Assembly (NCBI GenBank): GCA_905616465.1
Contig: CAJQSX010000005.1
Span: forward strand, 14,994-78,993
Direction: 5' to 3'
Origin: an uncultured Candidatus Pelagibacter sp.
Lineage (GTDB): Bacteria > Pseudomonadota > Alphaproteobacteria > Pelagibacterales > Pelagibacteraceae
Length of the DNA: 64,000 nt
Each line of letters opens with the position of its first letter. Position 1 is the first letter of the stretch. A program made the position numbers and the translations under genes. The notes below the pieces were generated by a model, which made no database searches, was not told where the DNA came from, and worked only from the letters and a program-made list of their open reading frames with translations. This document shows positions 38,577 to 47,078 of the stretch, piece by piece.

Positions 38577-39977
38577 TTACCTAGTTGAAGAGGCGACCGC
38601 TTTTTCAGCATCTCTATCGTCCTCCATCATTTCATAGTCTAGTCCAGCTATTTCAACTTCACGTGGGATTCTCAATTTGCCCATTCCATTTAGTATTTTA
38701 GCAATGACGTAACCGGGTAGCATTCCAAGAACTCCAAACATTATAATTGCTCCGAGGAATTGTCCCAGTGGATTGATTGTTGCGTAAGTTGACCCATCCC
38801 ACATAGCTCCAACACTGTATCCAGATGAAGGATAGCCATTTAAAACAAACCCACAGATTATAAGACCAACAACGCCCGCATAACCATGTACTGCTACCGC
38901 ACCAACTGCATCATCGATTTTGAACTTGCGTTCAACCCAGTAATGCATTTTATAAGCAACAACAACACCAATCGCACCAATAAGCATTGCTTGTATCGGG
39001 TGATACAAATCATTACCTGCAGATGCACATATGATACCAGCCAGTCCACTTGAGTAAGTCCAGAAAGGATCACCTTTAGCGACCACATATCCAGCCAATA
39101 ATCCACCTGATAATGACATCAAGAAGTTAAAGGTTATTCCACTCAGTGTCGTTGGGGTTACATAAATGTTTGTTGCTGTCCAGTATGTGACGCCTTCCAT
39201 TCCATATTCTGGCCCAAGATCAAATATCGGTATATTACATGCCGCATAAAATCCCCAGAAACCTGTATAGATTAGAAATAATCCAACTGTTACTAGCCAT
39301 GGGTTTCTTGGTCCTATATTTCTTGGCTCACCACTCGATGAGAATTTTCCAATTCTAGGCCCTAAAACGATTAGAACACCTAAAGCAAATCCACCCGCAA
39401 TTGCGTGAATTACTCCTGATGCATAAGCATCATGATATCCTAAAATTTTAAGCATCCATCCATCAAAGTGCCATCCCCAAGCAGCATCAATTACCCAGAA
39501 AAACGAACCTATTGCAATTGCTAAAATACCAAATGCAAAAGTTGTAATTCTTTCGATGATTGCTCCAGAAACAATTGAAGCAGCTGTCCATGAAAATAGT
39601 AAGAACGCAGCCCAGAATACTCCACTTATACGGTCACCTAAGTTGATCGCCATGAATTCTGAGTTTGCCAGATACCATTTAGAACTAAAAGTACTTTCGT
39701 CTGTAATTAACGCTGTACTCTCAGTCATTATTGAGGGTGCTATTCCCGGTCCTGTTGGGAATGCCCAGTAAATCCACCAACCAAAGAAAAACCATGTTAC
39801 CGTTACCAACGGTATTACCATAGTATTTTTCATAAGAGTGTGTTGGTGATGTTTATAACGCGACGCTCCAACTTCATACATACAGAAACCGACGTGAATT
39901 AAAAACATCAGTACTACTGTTACCCAGTAATAAAATTCTGTAAATATAGTTGTAAGAGCACCTAACTGATCAGTCAT
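38577..39977 (-). CDS. amt: Ammonium/methylammonium transporter (Amt family)
   Basis: SIVSGAIIER, both pore His residues (SGVIH, DDAVGAVAVHG), LGPRIGKF, LRI..EVEIAGLD. Confidence 0.9.
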   Translation of the reverse strand: MTDQLGALTTIFTEFYYWVTVVLMFLIHVGFCMYEVGASRYKHHQHTLMKNTMVIPLVTVTWFFFGWWIYWAFPTGPGIAPSIMTESTALITDESTFSSKWYLANSEFMAINLGDRISGVFWAAFLLFSWTAASIVSGAIIERITTFAFGILAIAIGSFFWVIDAAWGWHFDGWMLKILGYHDAYASGVIHAIAGGFALGVLIVLGPRIGKFSSSGEPRNIGPRNPWLVTVGLFLIYTGFWGFYAACNIPIFDLGPEYGMEGVTYWTATNIYVTPTTLSGITFNFLMSLSGGLLAGYVVAKGDPFWTYSSGLAGIICASAGNDLYHPIQAMLIGAIGVVVAYKMHYWVERKFKIDDAVGAVAVHGYAGVVGLIICGFVLNGYPSSGYSVGAMWDGSTYATINPLGQFLGAIIMFGVLGMLPGYVIAKILNGMGKLRIPREVEIAGLDYEMMEDDRDAEKAVASSTR

Positions 39978-40108
39978 ATTCTCTCTCCTATATTAGTTTT
40001 AAGAAAGCTTATGAAATTTACTTAGGTGTGACAATCTATACATTACTTAAATAAACAAGGAAGGACGTCAAAAATTAACAAATAAACAACCCTTGATTGA
40101 CAGACTCT

Positions 40109-40522
40109 TTAAAACTTAAGGTAAGCTTTCTTTAAATCTACAAGAGGATGTTTGGGAGACATTTGGAATTTAACTAAAAGTTCTCTAGCAATCATGTCTC
40201 TATCTTGTTGGTTGTCAGGTAACTTGATAGACTTTGGAATTGTAACCCAACCATTAGCATTTCTACAAAATACAGCAGGTCTATCTTCTTCATAGCCCAT
40301 GTGAATATCTTCCAACCAATTAAGATCATCCCAGCCCATAGCTTCTATATATTTTTTCAAGAATGGAGTAATCTTTTTATAGTCAGGCAATAAGTTAACA
40401 TCATATCTATATCCGATATGTTGACCAATTAGTTTCTCTCTTGCTGTTTCTTTAAAAGTACCAAGTTTTAGTTTTTTTTCTTTTTTAACTTTGCTTTTAG
40501 CTTTTGTTTTTTTCTTAGCCAT
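40109..40522 (-). CDS. Hypothetical protein, last gene of the mgs cluster
   Basis: 137-aa ORF 8 bp after mgsC; Lys-rich N-terminus followed by a globular-looking domain. Confidence 0.7.
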   Translation of the reverse strand: MAKKKTKAKSKVKKEKKLKLGTFKETAREKLIGQHIGYRYDVNLLPDYKKITPFLKKYIEAMGWDDLNWLEDIHMGYEEDRPAVFCRNANGWVTIPKSIKLPDNQQDRDMIARELLVKFQMSPKHPLVDLKKAYLKF

Positions 40523-40530
40523 AGTTACCC

Positions 40531-41955
40531 TTATATTTTATGATAATTATCAACACCAACAGTGTAGTTAGTTCCCGCTAAAGGAACTTTTGCTAAAGCT
40601 GAAGATTCTGTAGTTAATGCAGCTAAATCTTCAGGCTCTAAAGAATGAATATTAGTTTTACCACATGCTCTTGCTAAAAGTTGAGCCTCTAATGTCATTG
40701 CATGTAGATAGTTATAAACTCTTAATGCAGCATCATCGGGATTTAATCTAGCTCTTAATTTAGGATCTTGTGTTGCAACACCAACTGGACAACGACCAGT
40801 ATGACAGTGATAACACTCACCAGCTTTTACACCCATTTCTTTTTCAAAATTAGCTTCTGGTATATCTTTGTTGCAGTTTAAAGCCATTAAAGCACCAGTT
40901 CCAATTGCTATTGCATCGGCACCAAGCGCTAAAGCTTTTGCCATATCCGCACCATCCCTAACACCACCTGCATAAATTAAAGTTACTTGTCCAGTTTTAC
41001 CAACATCATCTATAGCTCTTCTTGCTTCTCTGATTGCGGCTATTCCAGGAATTCCAGTATTTGCAGCAGCTATATGAGGACCAGCTCCAGTCGATCCTTC
41101 CATTCCATCTAAAAAGATTGAATCAGGATTACATTTTGCAGCCATTCGAACATCATCATAAACTTTTGACGCACCTAGTTTTAATTGAATTGGTACTTTG
41201 TTTTTTGTTAACTGTCTTAACTCTTCAACTTTTAGAGCTAAATCATCTGGACCTAACCAGTCAGGATGTCTTGCTGGAGATCTTTGATCAATACCAGATG
41301 GTAGAGATCTCATTTCTGCAACTTGATCTGTAACTTTTTGACCCATTAAATGTCCACCCATTCCAACTTTTTGTCCTTGACCAATAAATACTTCAATTGC
41401 ATCAGCAAGTTGAGCGTGATGAGGGTTAAAACCATATCTTGATTGAATACATTGGTAATACCATTTTTCAGAATATCTTCTCTCATCAGGAATCATTCCA
41501 CCTTCACCAGAACATGTAGCACTTCCAGCCATTGTTGCTCCTCTTGCTAAAGCAGTTTTTGCTTCATAAGAAAGTGCACCAAAACTCATACCTGTAATAT
41601 AGACTGGTATATCTAACTCAATTGGGTTCTCACAATTTGGTCCGATTACAGTTTTAGTTTCACATTTCTCTCTATAGCCTTCAATTACAAACCTAGTAAG
41701 TGTACCTGGTAAAAAAACCAGATCATCAAATGTCGGAATTTTTTTCATTAATGCCATTCCACGCATTCTGTATCTTCCAAGCTGAGCTTTAATATGAATG
41801 TCGTCTATGACTTCAGGAGTAAAAATAGCATTGTGGCCTAGTAAACTTTTATTTCTTTTTCCTTCTTCATGCACATGAACATCAGCTTTTCCACCTACAT
41901 TACCGTTTGTTTTTTTTAATTTTTTTTCATTTTTTTTTGTTTTCTTTTTAGCCAT
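40531..41955 (-). CDS. mgsC: N-methylglutamate synthase FMN subunit (GlxD)
   Basis: MSFGALS, SGEGG, GQGQKVGMGGHL, RSPARHPDW.GPDDL, CYHCHTGRCPVGVATQDP. Confidence 0.88.
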   Translation of the reverse strand: MAKKKTKKNEKKLKKTNGNVGGKADVHVHEEGKRNKSLLGHNAIFTPEVIDDIHIKAQLGRYRMRGMALMKKIPTFDDLVFLPGTLTRFVIEGYREKCETKTVIGPNCENPIELDIPVYITGMSFGALSYEAKTALARGATMAGSATCSGEGGMIPDERRYSEKWYYQCIQSRYGFNPHHAQLADAIEVFIGQGQKVGMGGHLMGQKVTDQVAEMRSLPSGIDQRSPARHPDWLGPDDLALKVEELRQLTKNKVPIQLKLGASKVYDDVRMAAKCNPDSIFLDGMEGSTGAGPHIAAANTGIPGIAAIREARRAIDDVGKTGQVTLIYAGGVRDGADMAKALALGADAIAIGTGALMALNCNKDIPEANFEKEMGVKAGECYHCHTGRCPVGVATQDPKLRARLNPDDAALRVYNYLHAMTLEAQLLARACGKTNIHSLEPEDLAALTTESSALAKVPLAGTNYTVGVDNYHKI

Positions 41956-42809
41956 TATATAGCTCCTTTCTTTTCATGAGGTTCTAAATTATCATAATTC
42001 CAAAGTTTTTTCCCTGCGACTATTTTCTTCATTTTACTAACATCAAAATTTTCGCCAATTTCTGCAACTTTTAATTTTCGTTTTAACCAATCTTGATCAT
42101 TTTTTGTCAGTTCAGCGTCAACCGCATCACTTCCATATGAACCAATTTTACCACCAATAAATATTGTGCCATCATACATTGAGTCTCCTAAATTTATTCC
42201 AACGTCACCTAGAATAATTATTCTTCCTCTTTGCATCATAAAACCTGTAAAAGCTCCAGCGTCACCGCCAACAATAATAGTTCCACCCTTCATATCGATA
42301 CCTGTTCTAGCACCAACACTTCCTTTGCAAATTAAATCTCCACCTCTAACAGCGGCTCCGAAACATGAGCCTGCATTTTTCCCAATGACAACTTTACCTG
42401 CCATTAAGTTTTCAGCACAAGACCAACCAACTCTGCCGTTTATTCTTACCGTAGGTCCATCACATGAACCCATACCAAAATAACCTAAACTACCTTCAAA
42501 AATTAAGTTTAACTTGTTAAGAATTCCAACACCTAAACTATGTTTTCCTTGTGGGTTTTTAATTACAATTGTGCCATAGCCTTGGCTCATTAAATTATCA
42601 ATTTCTTTATTAGCCTCAGGAGCAGTCATATCTTTTACATCCAGATCTGTTCTTTTATTAAAATCAACATCGTATGTACCAAAGTAGTAAAAGTTTTCTG
42701 CTTCATCGGGATTAAAAAACTTCTGCTGAGTTCTTCCTGTTAAAACTTCTGTGTGCATACCCATTGACTGGGCTTTTGTTTTTGTTTCTGGGTTTTTTAT
42801 ATTTGCCAT
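41955..42809 (-). CDS. mgsB: N-methylglutamate synthase GXGXG subunit (GlxC)
   Basis: GXGXG beta-helix repeats (GSLGYFG, GWSCAENLMAG, GARTGIDMKGG, GDSMYDG); WNYD near the C-terminus. Confidence 0.88.
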   Translation of the reverse strand: MANIKNPETKTKAQSMGMHTEVLTGRTQQKFFNPDEAENFYYFGTYDVDFNKRTDLDVKDMTAPEANKEIDNLMSQGYGTIVIKNPQGKHSLGVGILNKLNLIFEGSLGYFGMGSCDGPTVRINGRVGWSCAENLMAGKVVIGKNAGSCFGAAVRGGDLICKGSVGARTGIDMKGGTIIVGGDAGAFTGFMMQRGRIIILGDVGINLGDSMYDGTIFIGGKIGSYGSDAVDAELTKNDQDWLKRKLKVAEIGENFDVSKMKKIVAGKKLWNYDNLEPHEKKGAI

Positions 42810-43741
42810 ACTTTTACCTCTCCATCATATGGATCATATGTATCTATCTCTTGTGGTAGAACTGATCTGATTGCTATTTCTTCTGATCCCATTGCAACTA
42901 AATCATCTGACTCATAAAGAACCAAAGGTTTTGCTGCCATAGTATCTTTTGCCATACCTAAAGAATCTTTTGTTGCTACAAAATAAGTAAATACCCCGTC
43001 AAGACCTGTTAAAGAAGCTTTCATCCCTTCTTCAAGTGAAGCTCCTTCTCTCATTTTTTGAGCAATGTATACTGCAATTAATTCTGAATCACATTCAGAC
43101 ATAAATCTCATACCTTTATTTTCAAGCAACCTTCTGTTGTTCCAATAGTTGGTTAATTGTCCATTATGAACCACTGATACATCACTAAAAGGGTAGCCCC
43201 AAAAAGGGTGGGCAGATTTAATATCAACACCAGATTCTGTCGCCATTCTAGCATGGCCTATTGCGTGTGTTCCAACAACCTTATCTAAACCATATCTGTC
43301 ACAAACCATTTTAGCATTTCCTAAATCTTTAATTACTTCGAGTGATTTTCCCATAGAAAGAATTTCAACTTCTGGAATACTTTCTATCTTTTGAGAAAAC
43401 TCTAAAAGGTCCTTTTTGTCATATGAAATTTCATATCTCAATGAGTAGGGAAGTACTCTTTCTTCTTTAATTATTTTAGCACCCAACTCAGATAAGTATT
43501 GATCAACAACTTTTTTTCTCTCATCATAAACTGAAACATCTTCCATTATGGATGAGCTTCCTTCACCAACATTTTCTCCAACTTTAAAACGCATGATGAA
43601 GTTTTTACCATCTGTGTCTCCGTATAAAGCATAACCAGTAGAATCTTCTCCCCTGTGTTTTAATGCTTGTAACATCCCCTGTAGTTCACTTCCCACATTT
43701 GATGATTTTCCTCTATGAATTAAGCCTGCGATTCCACACAT
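42797..43741 (-). CDS. mgsA: N-methylglutamate synthase amidotransferase subunit (GlxB)
   Basis: Ntn-type start MCGIAG, HRG.DSTG, GHARMATES, AHPF, HNGQLTNY, DSE. Confidence 0.88.
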   Translation of the reverse strand: MCGIAGLIHRGKSSNVGSELQGMLQALKHRGEDSTGYALYGDTDGKNFIMRFKVGENVGEGSSSIMEDVSVYDERKKVVDQYLSELGAKIIKEERVLPYSLRYEISYDKKDLLEFSQKIESIPEVEILSMGKSLEVIKDLGNAKMVCDRYGLDKVVGTHAIGHARMATESGVDIKSAHPFWGYPFSDVSVVHNGQLTNYWNNRRLLENKGMRFMSECDSELIAVYIAQKMREGASLEEGMKASLTGLDGVFTYFVATKDSLGMAKDTMAAKPLVLYESDDLVAMGSEEIAIRSVLPQEIDTYDPYDGEVKVWQI

Positions 43742-43768
43742 ATTTTACCCTTTTATTATTGTTAAAGA

Positions 43769-45238
43769 TTACGGTAGACAATCTAGATAAGTATCAAGAT
43801 CCCACTGAGTTGTTGCACCTAAAAATTTTTCCCATTCATCATTTTTATACCAATGAAAAACTTTATACATTTCATCTGGCATAGCTGATTTAATAACCTC
43901 ATCATCTGCTAAACGATTTAAAGCCTCACCAAGACTCATTGGTAATTTTTTAACTATTTTTCCAGCAGCTTGAGCCTCATACATACTTCTAGACTCTGGT
44001 TTTCCTGGATCAATATCATTTGTTATTCCGTCATCAAAACATTTTAATAATCCAGAACCCATTAAATAAGGATTATGCATTGAATCAACAGATCTATACT
44101 CAAATCTTCCTGGAGCAGATACTCTTAATCCGCAAGTTCTATTTTGAAATCCCCAGTCAGCATAAACAGGTGCCCAAAACCCTGTATCCCATAATCTTCT
44201 ATATGAGTTTACAGTAGAAGAGCCAATTGCAGTTAAGGCGCCCAAATGTTTCATTACTCCACCAATAGCTTTTAAACCAATTTTACCTGGTAATTGAATA
44301 TCATTAGTATCCGGCATAAAGGTATTTGTTCCACCCTCAACATAAGTAAATACTTCATCCATACCTGGAAGAGATTTATGAGATAGTTTATTAACTACGT
44401 CTTTTCCACCTGTCCATAAAGACATATTGGTGTGGCAACCACTTGCAGAAACACCCATAAAAGGTTTTGTCATAAAACAAGCTATCAAATTAAATTCTCT
44501 TGCAACTTGTGCGCAAATTTGTCTGTAAGTAGAAAGCCTGTCTGCATTTCTTAAAACATCATCATACATCCAGTTTAGTTCTAATTGTCCTGGTGCATCT
44601 TCATGATCACCTTGAATCATGTCAAAACCCATTGCTCTAGCGTATTTAAATACTTGCATGAAAACTGGTCTTAGGGATTCAAATTGATCTATATGATAGC
44701 AATAAGGTTTAGAATAACCTTTACCTGTAGGTGTGCCATCTTCATTTTTAGTTAGCCACATCATTTCTGGCTCTGTTCCAACTCTTAATTGGTAGCCATG
44801 TTTCTTTTTAAATTCTTGAGCGTGTATTCTTAAATTTCCACGACAATCTGAAGTTAAATGTGCACCTGGATTATCTCTTTCTTCTCTATTTCTAAAGCAA
44901 GTAACAAACACTCTTGCTACTTTTTTGTCCCAAGGAAGCTGACAAAAAGTTTCAGGATCAGGTATACCAACCAGCTCTTTTGCTTCTGGCCCGTATCCAA
45001 TATAATTTCCATGACGATCAGTAAACAAGTTTGCTGTTGCCCCATAAACTAATTGGAAGCCTTTTTCACAGGTTCTTTCCCAATGATCAGTTGGAATGCC
45101 TTTTCCAACAACTCTTCCGGTTACAGAAATAAATTGAAAATAAATATACTCAATTCCTAGTTCATTAATTTTAGCTCTGACCTGTTTTACTAACTTATCT
45201 CTACCAGGTTGAGCAACGTGTTTGTCTAAATCAGTCAT
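43769..45238 (-). CDS. Second glutamine synthetase-family ligase (substrate unknown)
   Basis: GTEPEM, KPYCY, GDHEDAPGQLELNW, FM.KPF, SGCHTN, WGFQNRT, RFEYR, NPYL. Confidence 0.85.
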   Translation of the reverse strand: MTDLDKHVAQPGRDKLVKQVRAKINELGIEYIYFQFISVTGRVVGKGIPTDHWERTCEKGFQLVYGATANLFTDRHGNYIGYGPEAKELVGIPDPETFCQLPWDKKVARVFVTCFRNREERDNPGAHLTSDCRGNLRIHAQEFKKKHGYQLRVGTEPEMMWLTKNEDGTPTGKGYSKPYCYHIDQFESLRPVFMQVFKYARAMGFDMIQGDHEDAPGQLELNWMYDDVLRNADRLSTYRQICAQVAREFNLIACFMTKPFMGVSASGCHTNMSLWTGGKDVVNKLSHKSLPGMDEVFTYVEGGTNTFMPDTNDIQLPGKIGLKAIGGVMKHLGALTAIGSSTVNSYRRLWDTGFWAPVYADWGFQNRTCGLRVSAPGRFEYRSVDSMHNPYLMGSGLLKCFDDGITNDIDPGKPESRSMYEAQAAGKIVKKLPMSLGEALNRLADDEVIKSAMPDEMYKVFHWYKNDEWEKFLGATTQWDLDTYLDCLP

Positions 45239-45291
45239 TATCTCTCCCTCTAATGAATTTTTTATTTAGCAAAGCGTAACTGAAAAAATTA

Positions 45292-45309
45292 TTTGTGTCT
45301 AGACACGAA
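45292..45309. promoter_or_regulatory. Candidate operator palindrome upstream of the GS2-mgsABC genes
   Basis: TTtGTGTCTAGACACgAA, with a perfect 12-bp core GTGTCTAGACAC (45295-45306) in a 73-bp intergenic gap. Confidence 0.45.
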
Positions 45310-45311
45310 GT

Positions 45312-46637
45312 TTAACTCCAGGGGAAAGGACTGTTCGAAGTAGGGTGAAGCTCACCTTTCTCGTAACGGTTGAATCTGAATGGTTTTAATAACTCACTTT
45401 CAGTTCCAAGAATTTCTTTTGCAACAAGTTCTCCAACACCAATCATTTTGTATCCATGGTTAGCGTCAGCTATCATATAAACATTTTCTAAAAATCTATC
45501 GAAGATAGGAAAGTTATCTGGCGTCATGCATCCAAGACCACCAGAGGGCCCTTTTCTATATAAGCCTGACTTACCCTCAAATCTTTTATGACAATGGGCT
45601 AAAGCTGAACACCACATGTCGTTAAATGATTCGGTTGTTTGAAATTCAGGAGAATCGATTCCATAAGGATCAATGTCTATTTTGTCAAAATGCTTATCAA
45701 CTATATAAGGTGATGTTCCACCCTGAACACCAAGACCCTCAATATCTGGCTTATAATAAATTCCCCAAAGCTCATCTGTAATTAATTTTTTAGTTGTGTC
45801 AGAATATAATGGAGCAGTAGAGTCGACATGCATTACAGGAGGTTGACCACCATCATTCATTTTTAAAAAATCTTTATCCACACCAATTACACCTTCTTGT
45901 AACATCCAATATTTCCACATATCTTCTTTATGAAATTTTCCATCTTGTCCTCTAATATTTGCAACTTTTGGAAGCTCCAACATATTCCAAAAATCTCTAA
46001 CCCAAGGACCAGCGCCAATAACTATTTGTTCACACTCAATAATTCCTTTATCAGTTTCAACTCCTGTAACTGCTTTACTAGTATTGCCCTTTTTGAAGCC
46101 TGTAACAGTTACACCTTTAATAACCTGAACACCGTTTGTAGTGGATTTTTCTTCTAGAGCTTTTATAGAAGCTTTGTTGAATGCATAACCACCTTTTTTT
46201 TCATGCAATACAGATGTGATGCCTGTTGCTTGCCAGTCATCAAACATACCCTTCATATACTTGGTACATTCTTTTTCACCCTCTATAAATTCTGATTCAT
46301 ATCCAATGGCTTTTTGTTGTTCATAAATAGTAGCAACATCTTCGTGCATAACTTCTGGAGATATCTGCAGGTATCCCACAGCATTATATTTCCACGCTTT
46401 GGGATCACTTTCCCAAACAGAAACTGAATGAGCCATTAGTTCTCTCATAGCTGGCTGAAAATAATTGTTTCTTATAACACCGCAAGCTATTCCACTTGCA
46501 CCTGCTGCAGTATCTTTTTTTTCTAAGATTACTATATCGCCTGGATTTTTATAAGTTTCTGAAAGCTTCCAAGCAGTACTTAATCCATGGATTCCTCCAC
46601 CAATTATTACTACTTTTGCTTTTGTCGGTAATGACAT
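45312..46637 (-). CDS. FAD-dependent oxidoreductase (DAO/sarcosine oxidase beta-like)
   Basis: GGGIHG dinucleotide motif, GASGIACGVIRNNY, GAGPW, TPDNFP, HGYKM. Confidence 0.85.
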   Translation of the reverse strand: MSLPTKAKVVIIGGGIHGLSTAWKLSETYKNPGDIVILEKKDTAAGASGIACGVIRNNYFQPAMRELMAHSVSVWESDPKAWKYNAVGYLQISPEVMHEDVATIYEQQKAIGYESEFIEGEKECTKYMKGMFDDWQATGITSVLHEKKGGYAFNKASIKALEEKSTTNGVQVIKGVTVTGFKKGNTSKAVTGVETDKGIIECEQIVIGAGPWVRDFWNMLELPKVANIRGQDGKFHKEDMWKYWMLQEGVIGVDKDFLKMNDGGQPPVMHVDSTAPLYSDTTKKLITDELWGIYYKPDIEGLGVQGGTSPYIVDKHFDKIDIDPYGIDSPEFQTTESFNDMWCSALAHCHKRFEGKSGLYRKGPSGGLGCMTPDNFPIFDRFLENVYMIADANHGYKMIGVGELVAKEILGTESELLKPFRFNRYEKGELHPTSNSPFPWS

Positions 46638-46727
46638 AATAGAACTTTATTTCTAGTGATAATTAAATATATGATTATTTATATATATATAAAATATAAG
46701 TAATAATTATATCTGTAAGAATTTCCT

Positions 46728-47078
46728 TTAGAAGCTTAGATTTTTTAGGGTTTGAAGGTATAAACTAAACTCATCAATAAAAGATTTGCTTGGTTTTATA
46801 AATTTTTTTCTTTGATCTTTAGAAGTCTTTTCTAAAAAAAAAAATCCTTTTTCACATGCCTCATTAATCATTAAAGCTGATTTAGGCCTAGATGTTTTAA
46901 ATAATTTTGTTTTTAGTTCTTCAACAGTTAAATGTTCTTCATATTTAAAAGCATGCATAACTAACAACATCATATGATAATGTGATGGTGATTTTCTAAA
47001 AAAATAATTACTAGACATATGAGAGAGCTTCATTTGATCTTCCCAAAATTCTAATAAGTCTTTTGTAGTATTACCCAT
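46728..47078 (-). CDS. Putative winged-helix (MarR-like) DNA-binding protein
   Basis: LTVEELK...TSRPKSALMINEACEKGFF...DQRKKFI resembles HTH plus wing (DxR); TAATG-coupled to tdm. Confidence 0.5.
   Translation of the reverse strand: MGNTTKDLLEFWEDQMKLSHMSSNYFFRKSPSHYHMMLLVMHAFKYEEHLTVEELKTKLFKTSRPKSALMINEACEKGFFFLEKTSKDQRKKFIKPSKSFIDEFSLYLQTLKNLSF

Noticed and set aside
38341-39977. Higher GC of the amt region as a sign of recent horizontal transfer
   Set aside because: Can be explained by a Gly/Ala-rich membrane protein; no integrase, IS or flanking repeats.
36805-45238. Calling either GS-family gene the housekeeping glnA, or mgsABC a split gltB
   Set aside because: Motifs and context fit GmaS/GlnT and GlxBCD/MgsABC; there is no gltD and no ntr/glnB context.
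39978-45311. GGAGAG words upstream of amt and GS2 as possible glycine riboswitches
   Set aside because: They sit at SD distance from the start codons, and the rest of the aptamer consensus is absent.
46660-46712. (AT)n palindrome TTTATATATATATAAA and a similar TTATATATAAAA word near 59763, both upstream of SoxB-like genes
   Set aside because: Pure A/T low-complexity words are expected by chance in such an AT-rich genome.
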